Shown: piece after piece, positions 38,630 to 48,242 of the stretch | Layout of the letters: the number at the start of each line of letters is the position of its first letter | How positions within the stretch are numbered: the first letter of the stretch is position 1 | The notes under the pieces: generated by a model | Databases searched by the model: none | Told to the model about the DNA's origin: nothing | What the model saw: the letters and a program-made list of their open reading frames with translations, nothing else | Assembly (NCBI GenBank): GCA_964345255.1 | Contig: CAYFQK010000001.1 | Location: 1-48,595, forward strand | Direction of reading: 5' to 3' | Length of the DNA stretch: 48,595 nt | Source of the DNA: an uncultured Bacteroidales bacterium | GTDB lineage: Bacteria; Bacteroidota; Bacteroidia; Bacteroidales; JAIPAH01 | Program-made: the position numbers and the translations under genes

Positions 38630-40342
38630 TTGAAAATTATGGCTAATTACTACACAGACAATAAAAACCTCAAGTTTCATCTCATGCATCCCGACATGAG
38701 ACGAATTGTTGCTATCAGGGAAAACGATTTCGAGGACAGGGATCATTACGATTTTGCGCCCATGGATTTCGAGGATGCTATTGATTCCTACAATAAAATC
38801 CTTGAAGTCATGGGACAGCTCAGTGGTGAAATTCTTACAGAGAATGCCGAATCGGTAGACCAGGAGGGGGCAAAACTTGTTGACAATGAAGTGCACTATG
38901 CCACAGGAACACAGAAAAATCATGAGGCATTAACCAAAGCCGGTTTATATGGGGTCACCCTGCCGCGAAAGTTCGGTGGCCTGAATTTTTCGATCGTTCC
39001 ATACGTTATTGCTGCGGAGATAGTTGCTCGCGGTGATGCCAGTTTTGCCAATATCTGGGGGCTGCAGGACTGCGCTGAGACCATTAGTGAGTTTGCTTCA
39101 GAAGATATGAAAGAGAAATACCTGCCCATGATCAACAAAGGTTATACGGCAGCTATGGATCTTACTGAACCTGATGCGGGATCGGACCTGCAAAAAGTAC
39201 AGCTCAAGGCTACTTATGACGAAGAGAGCGACACCTGGTACCTAAATGGGGTAAAGCGTTTTATCACCAATGGCGATGCTGACGTATCGTTGGTGTTAGC
39301 TCGATCTGAAGAAGGCACTACGGATGCAAGAGGGTTATCCCTCTTTTTGTACGATAAAAAGCAACAGGCCCGCCAGGTGCGTCGCCTGGAGAATAAGCTG
39401 GGGATTAAAGGGTCTCCTACCTGCGAATTGGTATTTAAAGATGCGCCGGCGACCTTAATTGGAACAGAAAGAATGGGGCTGATAAAATATGTGATGTCTT
39501 TGATGAATTCGGCCCGCCTGGGAGTAGGGGCACAGTCGGTAGGTATTGCTGAAGCCGCTTACCGGGAAGCTGAAAAATACGCTAAAGAACGGGAACAGTT
39601 TGGCAAAACAATCAATAACTACCCAGCGGTGTATGAGATGCTGACATCCATGAAGGTAAGGATTGATGCTATGAGAACCTTACTCTATGAAACGGCACGT
39701 GCCGTGGATCTGTATAAAAGCTACGGACAGCTTGCTGAAAAAAGAGCTTTGACTAAAGAGGAGAAGCAGGAGCAGAAAATAAACCAGCGTAAGGCCGACA
39801 TACTTACCCCTTTGCAGAAGTTGATGAATAGTGAATATTGCAACCAAATTGCATATGATTCATTGCAAGTGCATGGCGGCAGTGGGTATATGAAAGATTT
39901 TCCCATCGAACGCATTTATCGCGATGCCAGGATCACCAACATCTATGAGGGAACATCCCAGCTGCAGGTAGTAGCCGCTTCCAGGGGTATTAGCAATAAG
40001 TCTTACTTAAAACTCATAAAAGAATATGAACAAATAGAAGTGAACCCCGAGCTGGAGTATCTGCGAAAATTATTGGCCAAAATGACCCAGCAGTTTGAAA
40101 AGGTTGTTGCCAGAACCCTGGATGAGGAAGATAATGAGTTCCTGGAGTTTCATGCCAGAAGGCTCGTTGAAATAGCTGCCAACATTATTACAGGGCACTT
40201 ATTGGTGCTTGATGCTAACAAGGACAGCGCATATAAGCGCTCGGCAGATATATTCATCAAGATGGGCAGAGCGGAAAATATCAGTAAAGTGGGATTTATC
40301 AACAACTTTACTCAGCAGGATATAAGTACATTTAAGTTTTAG
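38630..40342 (+). CDS. Acyl-CoA dehydrogenase, long form with a C-terminal extension
   Basis: ACAD body (TEPDAGSDL, GVKRFITNG, IYEGTSQLQ) plus a ~140-aa C-terminal helical extension. It immediately follows etfBA. Confidence 0.85.
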   Translation: MKIMANYYTDNKNLKFHLMHPDMRRIVAIRENDFEDRDHYDFAPMDFEDAIDSYNKILEVMGQLSGEILTENAESVDQEGAKLVDNEVHYATGTQKNHEALTKAGLYGVTLPRKFGGLNFSIVPYVIAAEIVARGDASFANIWGLQDCAETISEFASEDMKEKYLPMINKGYTAAMDLTEPDAGSDLQKVQLKATYDEESDTWYLNGVKRFITNGDADVSLVLARSEEGTTDARGLSLFLYDKKQQARQVRRLENKLGIKGSPTCELVFKDAPATLIGTERMGLIKYVMSLMNSARLGVGAQSVGIAEAAYREAEKYAKEREQFGKTINNYPAVYEMLTSMKVRIDAMRTLLYETARAVDLYKSYGQLAEKRALTKEEKQEQKINQRKADILTPLQKLMNSEYCNQIAYDSLQVHGGSGYMKDFPIERIYRDARITNIYEGTSQLQVVAASRGISNKSYLKLIKEYEQIEVNPELEYLRKLLAKMTQQFEKVVARTLDEEDNEFLEFHARRLVEIAANIITGHLLVLDANKDSAYKRSADIFIKMGRAENISKVGFINNFTQQDISTFKF

Positions 40343-40361
40343 CGTAAGACGTTATAACAGA

Positions 40362-40393
40362 TAAAAAAAAGCGGCCTGTCGAGCCGCTTTTTT
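40362..40393. terminator. Bidirectional rho-independent terminator between acd (+) and clpC (-)
   Basis: A8-GCGGC-CTGTCGA-GCCGC-T7, with the stem at 40369-40374 / 40382-40387. Confidence 0.75.
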
Positions 40394-40415
40394 TATCTGA
40401 TTTATTCAATCGCAC

Positions 40416-43010
40416 CTATTGCTTATCTTCAGGAGCCTGCTGTTTCTCAGGTAACTCCTGGTCTTTTTTCGCAATGGCTTTAGGCTTTTTCCTGGTAATC
40501 GACAGATCGTTTTTGTCTTTTCCGATATCCACTTTAAAGATTTCACCTTCCTCGAGTTCGGATTGGATGATATAATCTGCGAGTTTGTCTTCGATGTATT
40601 TCTGGATAGCCCGCTTCAGAGGCCTTGCCCCATAACGTTCATCATAACCTTTCTCCAGCAGGAAGTCTTTTGCTTTGTCGGAAACCTCCAGTTTATAGCC
40701 AAGATCATCAATCCTGTTATAAACATCAGTAAGTTCGATATCGATAATTTGGTGCAGAGCTTCACGCTCAAGAGAGTTAAAGATAATCACATCATCGATA
40801 CGGTTGATGAATTCAGGAGCAAAGGTTTTCTTCATGGCATTTTCAAGAACACCTTTCTCATGTTCAGACTTGTTTTGCTGTCGGGCTGTTGTGCTAAATC
40901 CAACACCCTGCCCGAAATCTTTCAACTGTCGGGAGCCGATGTTTGATGTCATGATTACAATGGTATTCTTGAAATCGACCCGCCGGCCAAAGCTATCAGT
41001 CAGCACGCCATCATCCATTATTTGCAGCAACAAGTGATAAACATCCGGGTGCGCTTTTTCGATTTCATCGAGCAGGATAATGGAGTAGGGTTTACGTCTT
41101 ACTTTTTCAGTAAGCTGACCTCCCTCTTCATATCCGACGTATCCCGGAGGAGCTCCAACAAGGCGCGATACAGCGAATTTTTCCATATATTCACTCATAT
41201 CCACACGAATCATGGCTTCTTCGGTATCAAACAAGTACTTCGCCAGAACTTTTGCCAGGTGGGTTTTACCAACACCCGTCGGACCAAGAAAGATGAAACT
41301 TCCGATAGGTTTCATCGGGTCTTTAAGTCCGGCGCGGTTACGGCGGATGGCTTTAACGATGTTTTGAATAGCGCTATCCTGACCTATAACTGATTTTTTA
41401 AGGTCATCCTCCATGTGCAACAAGCGTTCGCTTTCGTTTTTAGCGATTCGCTGTACAGGAACCCCTGTCATCATAGCAATGACTTCAGCAATATTGTCTT
41501 CCGTAACGGGTTCACGATGAATCTTCGATTCTTCTTCCCATTTTCTCTTCGCTGACTCAAGTTGTTCATGCAGCGTACGTTCCTGGTCCCGGTAGTTTGC
41601 TGCCAACTCAAACTTCTGACCGCTTATAGCTTCCGTCTTTTTCTTTTTCGTATCTTCTATCTGGGTTTCTATATCAATGATTTCTTTGGGAACATGAATA
41701 TTATTGATATGAACCCTGGCACCTGCTTCATCCATAGCATCAATGGCCTTATCCGGGAGAAAACGATCAGACATATATCTTTCTGTCAGTTTGACACAGG
41801 CATCAATGGCTTCCTGGCTAAATTTAACCAGGTGATGATCTTCATATTTCTCTTTAATGTTATTGAGAATTTCTTTAGTCTCATCAGGTGTTGTTGCGTC
41901 AACTATCACTTTCTGGAAACGTCGCTCCAGCGCACCGTCTTTTTCTATGTATTGCCGGTATTCATCCAGTGTGGTTGCACCTATACATTGAATTTCGCCC
42001 CGAGCCAACGCAGGTTTAAACATATTGGAGGCATCAAGCGACCCTGCCGCATTACCTGCACCAACAATGGTGTGTATCTCATCGATAAACAGGATGATGT
42101 GTGGGTTTTTTTCCAGCTCGTTAAGAACTGCTTTCATGCGCTCTTCAAACTGCCCCCTGTATTTTGTGCCAGCCACCAGGCTAGCTAAATCGAGGGTGAA
42201 AATACGTTTACTAAAAAGGGCTCTTGATACTTTTCTCTCAACGATACGGGTAGCAAGTCCTTCTGCCAGTGCCGATTTACCAACTCCCGGCTCTCCGATA
42301 AGAATCGGGTTATTCTTTTTTCTTCTACTGAGAATCTGGGCAATACGTTCCAGTTCTTCACTTCGGCCGACAATTGGATCAAGGCGCTTCTCTTCCGCTG
42401 CCTTGGTTAAATCGCGACCAAAATTGTCGAGAACAGGAGTTTTTGATTTGGGGTCACCCATTTTTCTCATGCTACCACCAAAACTTTTTCCCTCTTCCGG
42501 GTCATCTGCAGCATCTCCCATTTCAGAACGCGGCGTATCCGATTCTGAAATTTCGTCAGCCTCTTCATGACTGGATGTAATAGTTTGCAATTTATCCTTA
42601 ACATCCGAATAGTTAATACCAGATTTACCCAGCGTTTGGGTTGCCAGATTGTCCTTATCTTTAAGGATGGCCAGCAACAAATGCTCCGTTCCTATGAGCT
42701 CACTTTTAAAAAGTTTTGCTTCTAAAAATGTGATTTTTAATGCCTTCTCGGCTTGTTTTATAAGTGGTATTTGTTCTCCCTTAGTGTACTCCGATTCTTC
42801 AGGTTGCCGGATAGCTTCTTCTATCCTTGTCTTAACCTGTCCTAACTCTACTTCCAGGTAATTCAGAATTCTAACAGCCGTGCTGTTTTCCTGCCTGATG
42901 ATACCCAAAAGTAAATGCTCAAGTCCGATGTAGTTGTTTCCTAATCGCAAAGCTTCTTCACGACTAAAACTTAAAACATCCCTGGCACTCTGTGAAAATT
43001 TTGCTTCCAT
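40416..43010 (-). CDS. clpC: ATP-dependent Clp protease ATP-binding subunit, ClpC type
   Basis: Double Clp_N repeat (LGNNYIGLEHLLLGIIRQ; IGTEHLLLAILKD), two AAA+ modules (GEPGVGKSA; GPTGVGKTH), and a short UVR-like middle segment (QKFELAANYRDQE) instead of the long ClpB coiled coil. Confidence 0.85.
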   Translation of the reverse strand: MEAKFSQSARDVLSFSREEALRLGNNYIGLEHLLLGIIRQENSTAVRILNYLEVELGQVKTRIEEAIRQPEESEYTKGEQIPLIKQAEKALKITFLEAKLFKSELIGTEHLLLAILKDKDNLATQTLGKSGINYSDVKDKLQTITSSHEEADEISESDTPRSEMGDAADDPEEGKSFGGSMRKMGDPKSKTPVLDNFGRDLTKAAEEKRLDPIVGRSEELERIAQILSRRKKNNPILIGEPGVGKSALAEGLATRIVERKVSRALFSKRIFTLDLASLVAGTKYRGQFEERMKAVLNELEKNPHIILFIDEIHTIVGAGNAAGSLDASNMFKPALARGEIQCIGATTLDEYRQYIEKDGALERRFQKVIVDATTPDETKEILNNIKEKYEDHHLVKFSQEAIDACVKLTERYMSDRFLPDKAIDAMDEAGARVHINNIHVPKEIIDIETQIEDTKKKKTEAISGQKFELAANYRDQERTLHEQLESAKRKWEEESKIHREPVTEDNIAEVIAMMTGVPVQRIAKNESERLLHMEDDLKKSVIGQDSAIQNIVKAIRRNRAGLKDPMKPIGSFIFLGPTGVGKTHLAKVLAKYLFDTEEAMIRVDMSEYMEKFAVSRLVGAPPGYVGYEEGGQLTEKVRRKPYSIILLDEIEKAHPDVYHLLLQIMDDGVLTDSFGRRVDFKNTIVIMTSNIGSRQLKDFGQGVGFSTTARQQNKSEHEKGVLENAMKKTFAPEFINRIDDVIIFNSLEREALHQIIDIELTDVYNRIDDLGYKLEVSDKAKDFLLEKGYDERYGARPLKRAIQKYIEDKLADYIIQSELEEGEIFKVDIGKDKNDLSITRKKPKAIAKKDQELPEKQQAPEDKQ

Positions 43011-43076
43011 CTATTACCTCACAAAAATTGTGGTTTAACATTCTACTCTTTTATACTCCCTTTTGACCTTTATCAG

Positions 43077-43092
43077 GTTATTGTACAATAAC
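43077..43092. promoter_or_regulatory. Perfect 16-bp palindrome GTTATTGTACAATAAC (candidate operator)
   Basis: Read directly from the sequence. It abuts a candidate clpC -7 box (minus-strand TACCTTTG, 43092-43099). Confidence 0.3.
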
Positions 43093-43161
43093 AAAGGTAT
43101 TTTTGATATGTTCAATAATGCAGGGAGCCATCATTGTTATGCTTTTACGTTCATCACGTAA

Positions 43162-43169
43162 CAAAGATA
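43162..43169 (-). promoter_or_regulatory. Alternative/distal -7 box (TAnnTTTG) for clpC
   Basis: The minus strand reads TATCTTTG ~150 nt upstream of the clpC ATG (43010). Confidence 0.35.
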
Positions 43170-43280
43170 ATGCCTAATAATCGGATATGAGAAATTTTAA
43201 TAAAAATTATGCACATGAGCCTGTTAGAAATTGTTAGTAAATTAAAAATAGGTATCCTCTGCAATTTATCGCATTTTACT

Positions 43281-43288
43281 TATCTTTG
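43281..43288 (+). promoter_or_regulatory. Bacteroidota -7 promoter box (TAnnTTTG) for gyrA
   Basis: TATCTTTG lies 62 nt upstream of the ATG at 43350. Confidence 0.45.
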
Positions 43289-43349
43289 TCGATTGTGGCA
43301 CAAAAATCTAAGGTGCTAATTTTGAAGGAACTAAGATAAGTGAAGTACT

Positions 43350-45893
43350 ATGAACGAGGGTCAAAAGATTTACACGGTAGACATCGAAAAACAAATGAAA
43401 TCAGCTTACATCGATTATTCGATGTCTGTCATTGTTTCGCGTGCTCTTCCTGATGTACGAGATGGATTTAAGCCGGTTCACCGGAGAGTATTATATGGTA
43501 TGACGGAATTAGGGGTTTTCTCTAACAAGCCTTACAAAAAATCTGCCCGAATAGTGGGAGAGGTGTTAGGTAAGTACCACCCCCACGGAGATACCTCGGT
43601 TTATGACACGATGGTTCGAATGGCCCAGCCATGGGCGTTACGTTACCCATTAGTGGATGGCCAGGGGAACTTTGGGTCGATCGACGGCGACAGTCCGGCG
43701 GCCATGCGTTATACAGAAGCCCGTCTCCAAAAGATTTCAGAAGAAATGACAGCCGATATCAAGAAGGATACGGTGGATTTTCAGAATAATTTTGATGATA
43801 CCCTGCAGGAGCCTACCGTTATGCCCACGCGCATCCCCAACCTCCTGGTAAACGGTGCAGCAGGTATTGCCGTGGGGATGGCGACTAACATCCCGCCGCA
43901 TAACCTAAAAGAAATTATTGACGGAATAAACGCCTACGTAGATAACCGGGAAATAACTATTCCCGAATTGATGAAATATATCAAAGGGCCTGACTTTCCG
44001 ACCGGTTGTACGATATATGGATACGAAGGGGTGAAAAGCGCTTATGAAACCGGGAAAGGCCGCGTAATGATGCGGGGCGTTGCCAAGGTAGAAGAAACCA
44101 GCAGCGGAAAAGAAAAAATTATCGTTACCCACGTGCCATATATGGTTAACAAGGCCGAAATGATAAAAAAGACGGCCGACCTTGTTAATGAAAAGAAAAT
44201 TGAAGGGATATCCGACCTGCGCGATGAGTCTGACCGAAACGGAATTCGCGTGGTTTACGATCTGAAAAAAGATGCCAATAGCAGTGTTGTACTTAACAAG
44301 CTTTACCAGCTTACGCCGCTGCAGTCTTCTTTCAGCGTAAATACCATCGCATTGGTTGATGGGCGCCCGGAGTTGCTGAACCTTAAGGATTTAATCTATT
44401 ATTTTGTTGAGCATCGCCATGAAATTGTCATCCGCAGAACAAAATATGAACTACGAGAAGCTGAAAAGCGGGCACATATTCTTGAAGGGCTCCTGATAGC
44501 ATTGGATAATCTGGATGATATCATCACGTTGATCCGCAATTCTAAAACACCGGATGATGCTTTGCATGGGCTGATGGAAAAATATGAATTCTCGGAGCCC
44601 CAGGCTAAGGCTATCCTTGAAATGCGACTCCAGAAACTTACCGGTCTTGAGCGGGATAAAGTAAGACAGGAGTACAACGAACTTCAGGAAAAAATAAAAT
44701 ATTACAAGGAAATCCTTTCTGATGAAGGTCTTCGAATGAGAATCATAAAAGAAGAGCTTCAGGAAATAAAAGATAAGTACGGTGACGATACGCGCAGTGA
44801 GATAGAATATTCAGCCGAGGATTTCCGTATAGAAGATACCATTCCCAATGAAGAAGTAGTAATCACTATCTCTCATTTGGGATATATTAAACGTACCCCG
44901 CTAACGGAATACCGTCGGCAAAACAGGGGAGGCAAAGGATTAAAAGGCTCTTCCACCCGCGATGACGACTTTGTGGAATATCTTTTTGTTGCCACAAATC
45001 ATAATTACATGCTCTTTTTCACTGAAAAAGGCAAATGTTTCTGGATGCGGGTATTCGAAATACCTGAAGGAACCAGAACAACCAAAGGCCGGGCAATACA
45101 AAACCTGATAAATATAGATAAGTCTGATACCATCAAAGCATTCATCAATGTAGAGAATCTGGATAATGATGATTACATCAACAATCATTACATCGTATTC
45201 TCCACCAAAAAAGGAATGATAAAGAAAACACCGCTTGAGGCTTTCTCAAGACCACGGCAGAATGGTATTAATGCCATTACTATCAAAGACTCGGATGAGC
45301 TACTGAAGGCCCAGCTGACAAGTGGCAAAAGTACCATATTAATGGCAGCGCGATCAGGAAAAGCTATTCGATTCCACGAAAGCAAAGTACGCTCTATGGG
45401 CCGCAATGCGGCAGGCGTTCGCGGAATAATGCTCGCTTCCAAAAAAGACCTGGCGATAGGTATGATTTGCCTGGAGTCGGACGACTCTGATATACTGGTA
45501 GTGTCGGAAAAAGGATTTGGTAAGCGTTCCGCGCTGGCCGATTACCGGGAGACCAACAGGGGAGGAAAAGGCGTTAAAACGCTCAACATCACCGAAAAAA
45601 CCGGTGAGCTTGTATCCATTGATAGCGTGACCAACCACGATGATTTAATAATTATTAACAAAAGTGGTGTTATGATAAGAATGGCCGTAGAAAATCTCAG
45701 AGTAGTTGGCAGGGCAACGCAGGGTGTGAGGCTAATCAAAATGAAAAAAAATGATGAAATCGCGGCTATTGCCAAAGTAGAAATTAATGAGCAGGAAAAT
45801 GAAGCAAAACTGGCCGTGGAAAATGACAACTCAGCTGATAACGGGAATGAAGAGGGAGAAAATGATATGACAGAGACCAACACGGATGAATAA
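43350..45893 (+). CDS. gyrA: DNA gyrase subunit A
   Basis: [50 protein letters not shown] (QRDR), [10 protein letters not shown], a C-terminal beta-pinwheel repeat region and an acidic tail. Confidence 0.95.
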   Translation: MNEGQKIYTVDIEKQMKSAYIDYSMSVIVSRALPDVRDGFKPVHRRVLYGMTELGVFSNKPYKKSARIVGEVLGKYHPHGDTSVYDTMVRMAQPWALRYPLVDGQGNFGSIDGDSPAAMRYTEARLQKISEEMTADIKKDTVDFQNNFDDTLQEPTVMPTRIPNLLVNGAAGIAVGMATNIPPHNLKEIIDGINAYVDNREITIPELMKYIKGPDFPTGCTIYGYEGVKSAYETGKGRVMMRGVAKVEETSSGKEKIIVTHVPYMVNKAEMIKKTADLVNEKKIEGISDLRDESDRNGIRVVYDLKKDANSSVVLNKLYQLTPLQSSFSVNTIALVDGRPELLNLKDLIYYFVEHRHEIVIRRTKYELREAEKRAHILEGLLIALDNLDDIITLIRNSKTPDDALHGLMEKYEFSEPQAKAILEMRLQKLTGLERDKVRQEYNELQEKIKYYKEILSDEGLRMRIIKEELQEIKDKYGDDTRSEIEYSAEDFRIEDTIPNEEVVITISHLGYIKRTPLTEYRRQNRGGKGLKGSSTRDDDFVEYLFVATNHNYMLFFTEKGKCFWMRVFEIPEGTRTTKGRAIQNLINIDKSDTIKAFINVENLDNDDYINNHYIVFSTKKGMIKKTPLEAFSRPRQNGINAITIKDSDELLKAQLTSGKSTILMAARSGKAIRFHESKVRSMGRNAAGVRGIMLASKKDLAIGMICLESDDSDILVVSEKGFGKRSALADYRETNRGGKGVKTLNITEKTGELVSIDSVTNHDDLIIINKSGVMIRMAVENLRVVGRATQGVRLIKMKKNDEIAAIAKVEINEQENEAKLAVENDNSADNGNEEGENDMTETNTDE

Positions 45894-45943
45894 TGTCCGG
45901 GTTGTTTTTGGCAAAGATTTTGTTTCCGGTTTTTATGATTTAT

Positions 45944-45951
45944 TATATTTG
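45944..45951 (+). promoter_or_regulatory. Bacteroidota -7 promoter box (TAnnTTTG)
   Basis: TATATTTG lies 52 nt upstream of the ATG at 46003. Confidence 0.4.
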
Positions 45952-46002
45952 CTTACAATGGAGAATGAAACATATTAAAACCAAACTAAAACAATAGTTG
46001 AG

Positions 46003-47217
46003 ATGAAAAAAATTGCAGTTTTACTAGTATTTGTAATCGCGGGAATTGCTTTTGCTCAAGGGCAAAACCACAAAGTAGTAAGTGCATACAATTACCTGCG
46101 CAAAAATAAACTTGAGAAAGCAATGGAGGCTATAGAGCCGGCAACCCAGCACAAGAGGACCAATGATGAAGCAAAAACCTGGTACTATCGCGGGAATATT
46201 TATCTTGGTATCCACATGAGTGAAGAAGAAGAGTTCAAAGACCTGGCTGAAAATCCACTGGACACGGCTTACTTCTCTTACACAAAAGCTTTTAAGCTGG
46301 ATGAAAAAGGCAAGTATACCAGTGATTTGAAAGATCGCATGAAGTTTATCAGTGAGCAATATTTTAACAAAGGCGTGACTAATTACAAGTCAAAGGATTA
46401 TGAAGAGGCTATGGATGGATTTACAAAGGCTGCTAAAGTCAACAAAGAATACAGGAATACCATAGACACGGCTGCCTATTACTATGCCGGTAACAGCGCC
46501 GATTTGGCAGGAGAAAAAGAAAAAGCGTTTGAATACTATAAAAAGGCACAGGAGTATAATTATGACAATCACAGGCTATATTCCTCTCTGTCAAGACTAT
46601 ACTCGGCAAAAGGCGATACGGCGAAGGCACTTGAAGTGGTGAATAAAGGACTGGATAAATATCCCGGAACATACGATTTGATAATTACCGAAACAAACAT
46701 CTTTCTTGCGCAGGGGGATACCGAAAAAGCGCTTGAAAATCTGAAACTGGCTGTTAAACAAGATACAACGAATCCCTCGTTGTGGTTTGCAGCAGGTGTG
46801 AATTATGAGCAAATGATGAAAAACCAGGAAACCGATTCACTAAAGAAGGCTTTCATGGATGAGGCAGTTCATTCGTACGAACAGGCCCTCGAATTGAAAC
46901 CTGATTACTACAAACCTGCATTTAACCTTGGAGCGATTTATGTAAACAGGGCAGCTACTTTACAGAATAAAGCGAATCAGCTTCCACTTGACCAAACAGA
47001 GAAGTACAACGCAATGAAGAAAGAGGCTGACAGTACGCTGAAAAAAGCATTGCCATACCTGGAGAAAGCCCAGGATATCAAACCAAACGATTTAAATACG
47101 CTACAGTCGCTGAAAGAAATTTATGCACGCCTCAACAAAAACGAAAAGCTGAAGGAAGTAAATACTAAAATTCAAAAGCTAACGGGTGGAGCTCAGGAAA
47201 AACAAGAGCAGGAATAA
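46003..47217 (+). CDS. Secreted tetratricopeptide-repeat protein
   Basis: Signal peptide (VIAGIAFAQG). Multiple TPR-like units (YEEAMDGFTKAAKV, AFEYYKKAQEY, ALENLKLAVKQD, HSYEQALELKPDY). Confidence 0.7.
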   Translation: MKKIAVLLVFVIAGIAFAQGQNHKVVSAYNYLRKNKLEKAMEAIEPATQHKRTNDEAKTWYYRGNIYLGIHMSEEEEFKDLAENPLDTAYFSYTKAFKLDEKGKYTSDLKDRMKFISEQYFNKGVTNYKSKDYEEAMDGFTKAAKVNKEYRNTIDTAAYYYAGNSADLAGEKEKAFEYYKKAQEYNYDNHRLYSSLSRLYSAKGDTAKALEVVNKGLDKYPGTYDLIITETNIFLAQGDTEKALENLKLAVKQDTTNPSLWFAAGVNYEQMMKNQETDSLKKAFMDEAVHSYEQALELKPDYYKPAFNLGAIYVNRAATLQNKANQLPLDQTEKYNAMKKEADSTLKKALPYLEKAQDIKPNDLNTLQSLKEIYARLNKNEKLKEVNTKIQKLTGGAQEKQEQE

Positions 47218-47235
47218 AAAAAATAATTTCAGAAA

Positions 47236-47270
47236 AATAGTCGCTTTCATAGGAGAGCGGCTATTTTTTT
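47236..47270 (+). terminator. Rho-independent terminator
   Basis: 9-bp stem ATAGTCGCT / AGCGGCTAT (one G-U pair), 10-nt loop, then T8. Confidence 0.7.
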
Positions 47271-47376
47271 TGATATATAGCTTTTTACCAGAAAACATTT
47301 CCTATTTAACATAATATAAATTATAGGACAAAAGGGATTATTTAACCGGCAATTGGGCATTAACATATTTAAATCT

Positions 47377-47384
47377 TAATTTTG
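47377..47384 (+). promoter_or_regulatory. Bacteroidota -7 promoter box (TAnnTTTG) for yggS
   Basis: TAATTTTG lies 17 nt upstream of the ATG at 47401, implying a very short leader. Confidence 0.4.
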
Positions 47385-47400
47385 TCTTAAAAATCAATTT

Positions 47401-48063
47401 ATGGATATAAAACATAACCTTGAAAAACTCAAGTCAACATTGCCCTCAGACGTTAAACTAGTAGCCGTATCCAAAACCAAACCCATTGAAGCTATAAAAG
47501 AAGCTTACGATGCCGGCCATAAAATTTTCGGTGAAAATAAGGCCCAGGAAATGATTAACAAACAGCCTGAGCTTCCCGATGATCTTGAATGGCATTTTAT
47601 AGGTCATCTGCAGTCCAACAAGGTGAAATACCTGGCGCCTTTTGTGAGTATGATTCATTCGGTTGACCGAAAAAAGATCCTTAAAGAGATCAACAAAGAA
47701 GCCAAAAAAAATAACCGGGTAATTGATTGCCTCCTGCAATTTCACATTGCTGAAGAAGAAACAAAATTCGGTCTTTCTTTGGAAGAAGCTCGTGAGATAA
47801 TTGAATCAGAAGCCTTTAAAAGCTATGAAAATGTACGCATTACCGGCGTAATGGGCATGGCTACGTTTACTGATGACACCGGACAAGTGCGGCGGGAATT
47901 CAAAGGGCTGAAAAAGATTTTCGATCATCTGAAAAAGGAATATTTTACCAACGAGTATTTTAAAGAAATTTCTATGGGGATGTCCGGGGATTATCGCATC
48001 GCCATTGAAGAAGGAAGCACCATCGTGCGCATAGGCAGTCTTATTTTCGGATCGCGAAACTAA
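47401..48063 (+). CDS. yggS: YggS-family pyridoxal-phosphate homeostasis protein
   Basis: KLVAVSKTKP (PLP-Lys motif), WHFIGHLQSNK, SMGMSGDY, VRIGSLIFG. 220 aa. Confidence 0.85.
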   Translation: MDIKHNLEKLKSTLPSDVKLVAVSKTKPIEAIKEAYDAGHKIFGENKAQEMINKQPELPDDLEWHFIGHLQSNKVKYLAPFVSMIHSVDRKKILKEINKEAKKNNRVIDCLLQFHIAEEETKFGLSLEEAREIIESEAFKSYENVRITGVMGMATFTDDTGQVRREFKGLKKIFDHLKKEYFTNEYFKEISMGMSGDYRIAIEEGSTIVRIGSLIFGSRN

Positions 48064-48199
48064 AGGTTTAGTTAGAGGAGACCGGATGAGTTCCTATATC
48101 CCCTTCCCGCAAAGGGATGTGCATATCCGAACAAAATGATTTAATAATTCCTTAACATAAAGATCATTTTCTTTAAACATCTTCCATGCAGGGCTAAGC

Positions 48200-48207
48200 T
48201 ATTTTTG
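48200..48207 (+). promoter_or_regulatory. Bacteroidota -7 promoter box (TAnnTTTG)
   Basis: TATTTTTG lies 36 nt upstream of the ATG at 48243. Confidence 0.4.
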
Positions 48208-48242
48208 TGGTATTAAATCATGAAAACGAAAATCATCATACT

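Noticed and set aside
41562-42570. Long plus-strand ORFs (208 aa, 181 aa) antisense to clpC, plus similar cases antisense to recN (13700-14245), ccsBA (9771-10519) and gyrA (45188-45883)
   Set aside because: They overlap strongly supported conserved genes, have biased low-complexity composition (Ser/Leu/Phe-rich), and show no motifs. These are typical shadow ORFs.
40416-43010. Calling the Clp ATPase ClpB
   Set aside because: The middle region is a short UVR-like segment, not the long ClpB coiled-coil M-domain, and the N-terminus is ClpC-like. I therefore call it ClpC-type.
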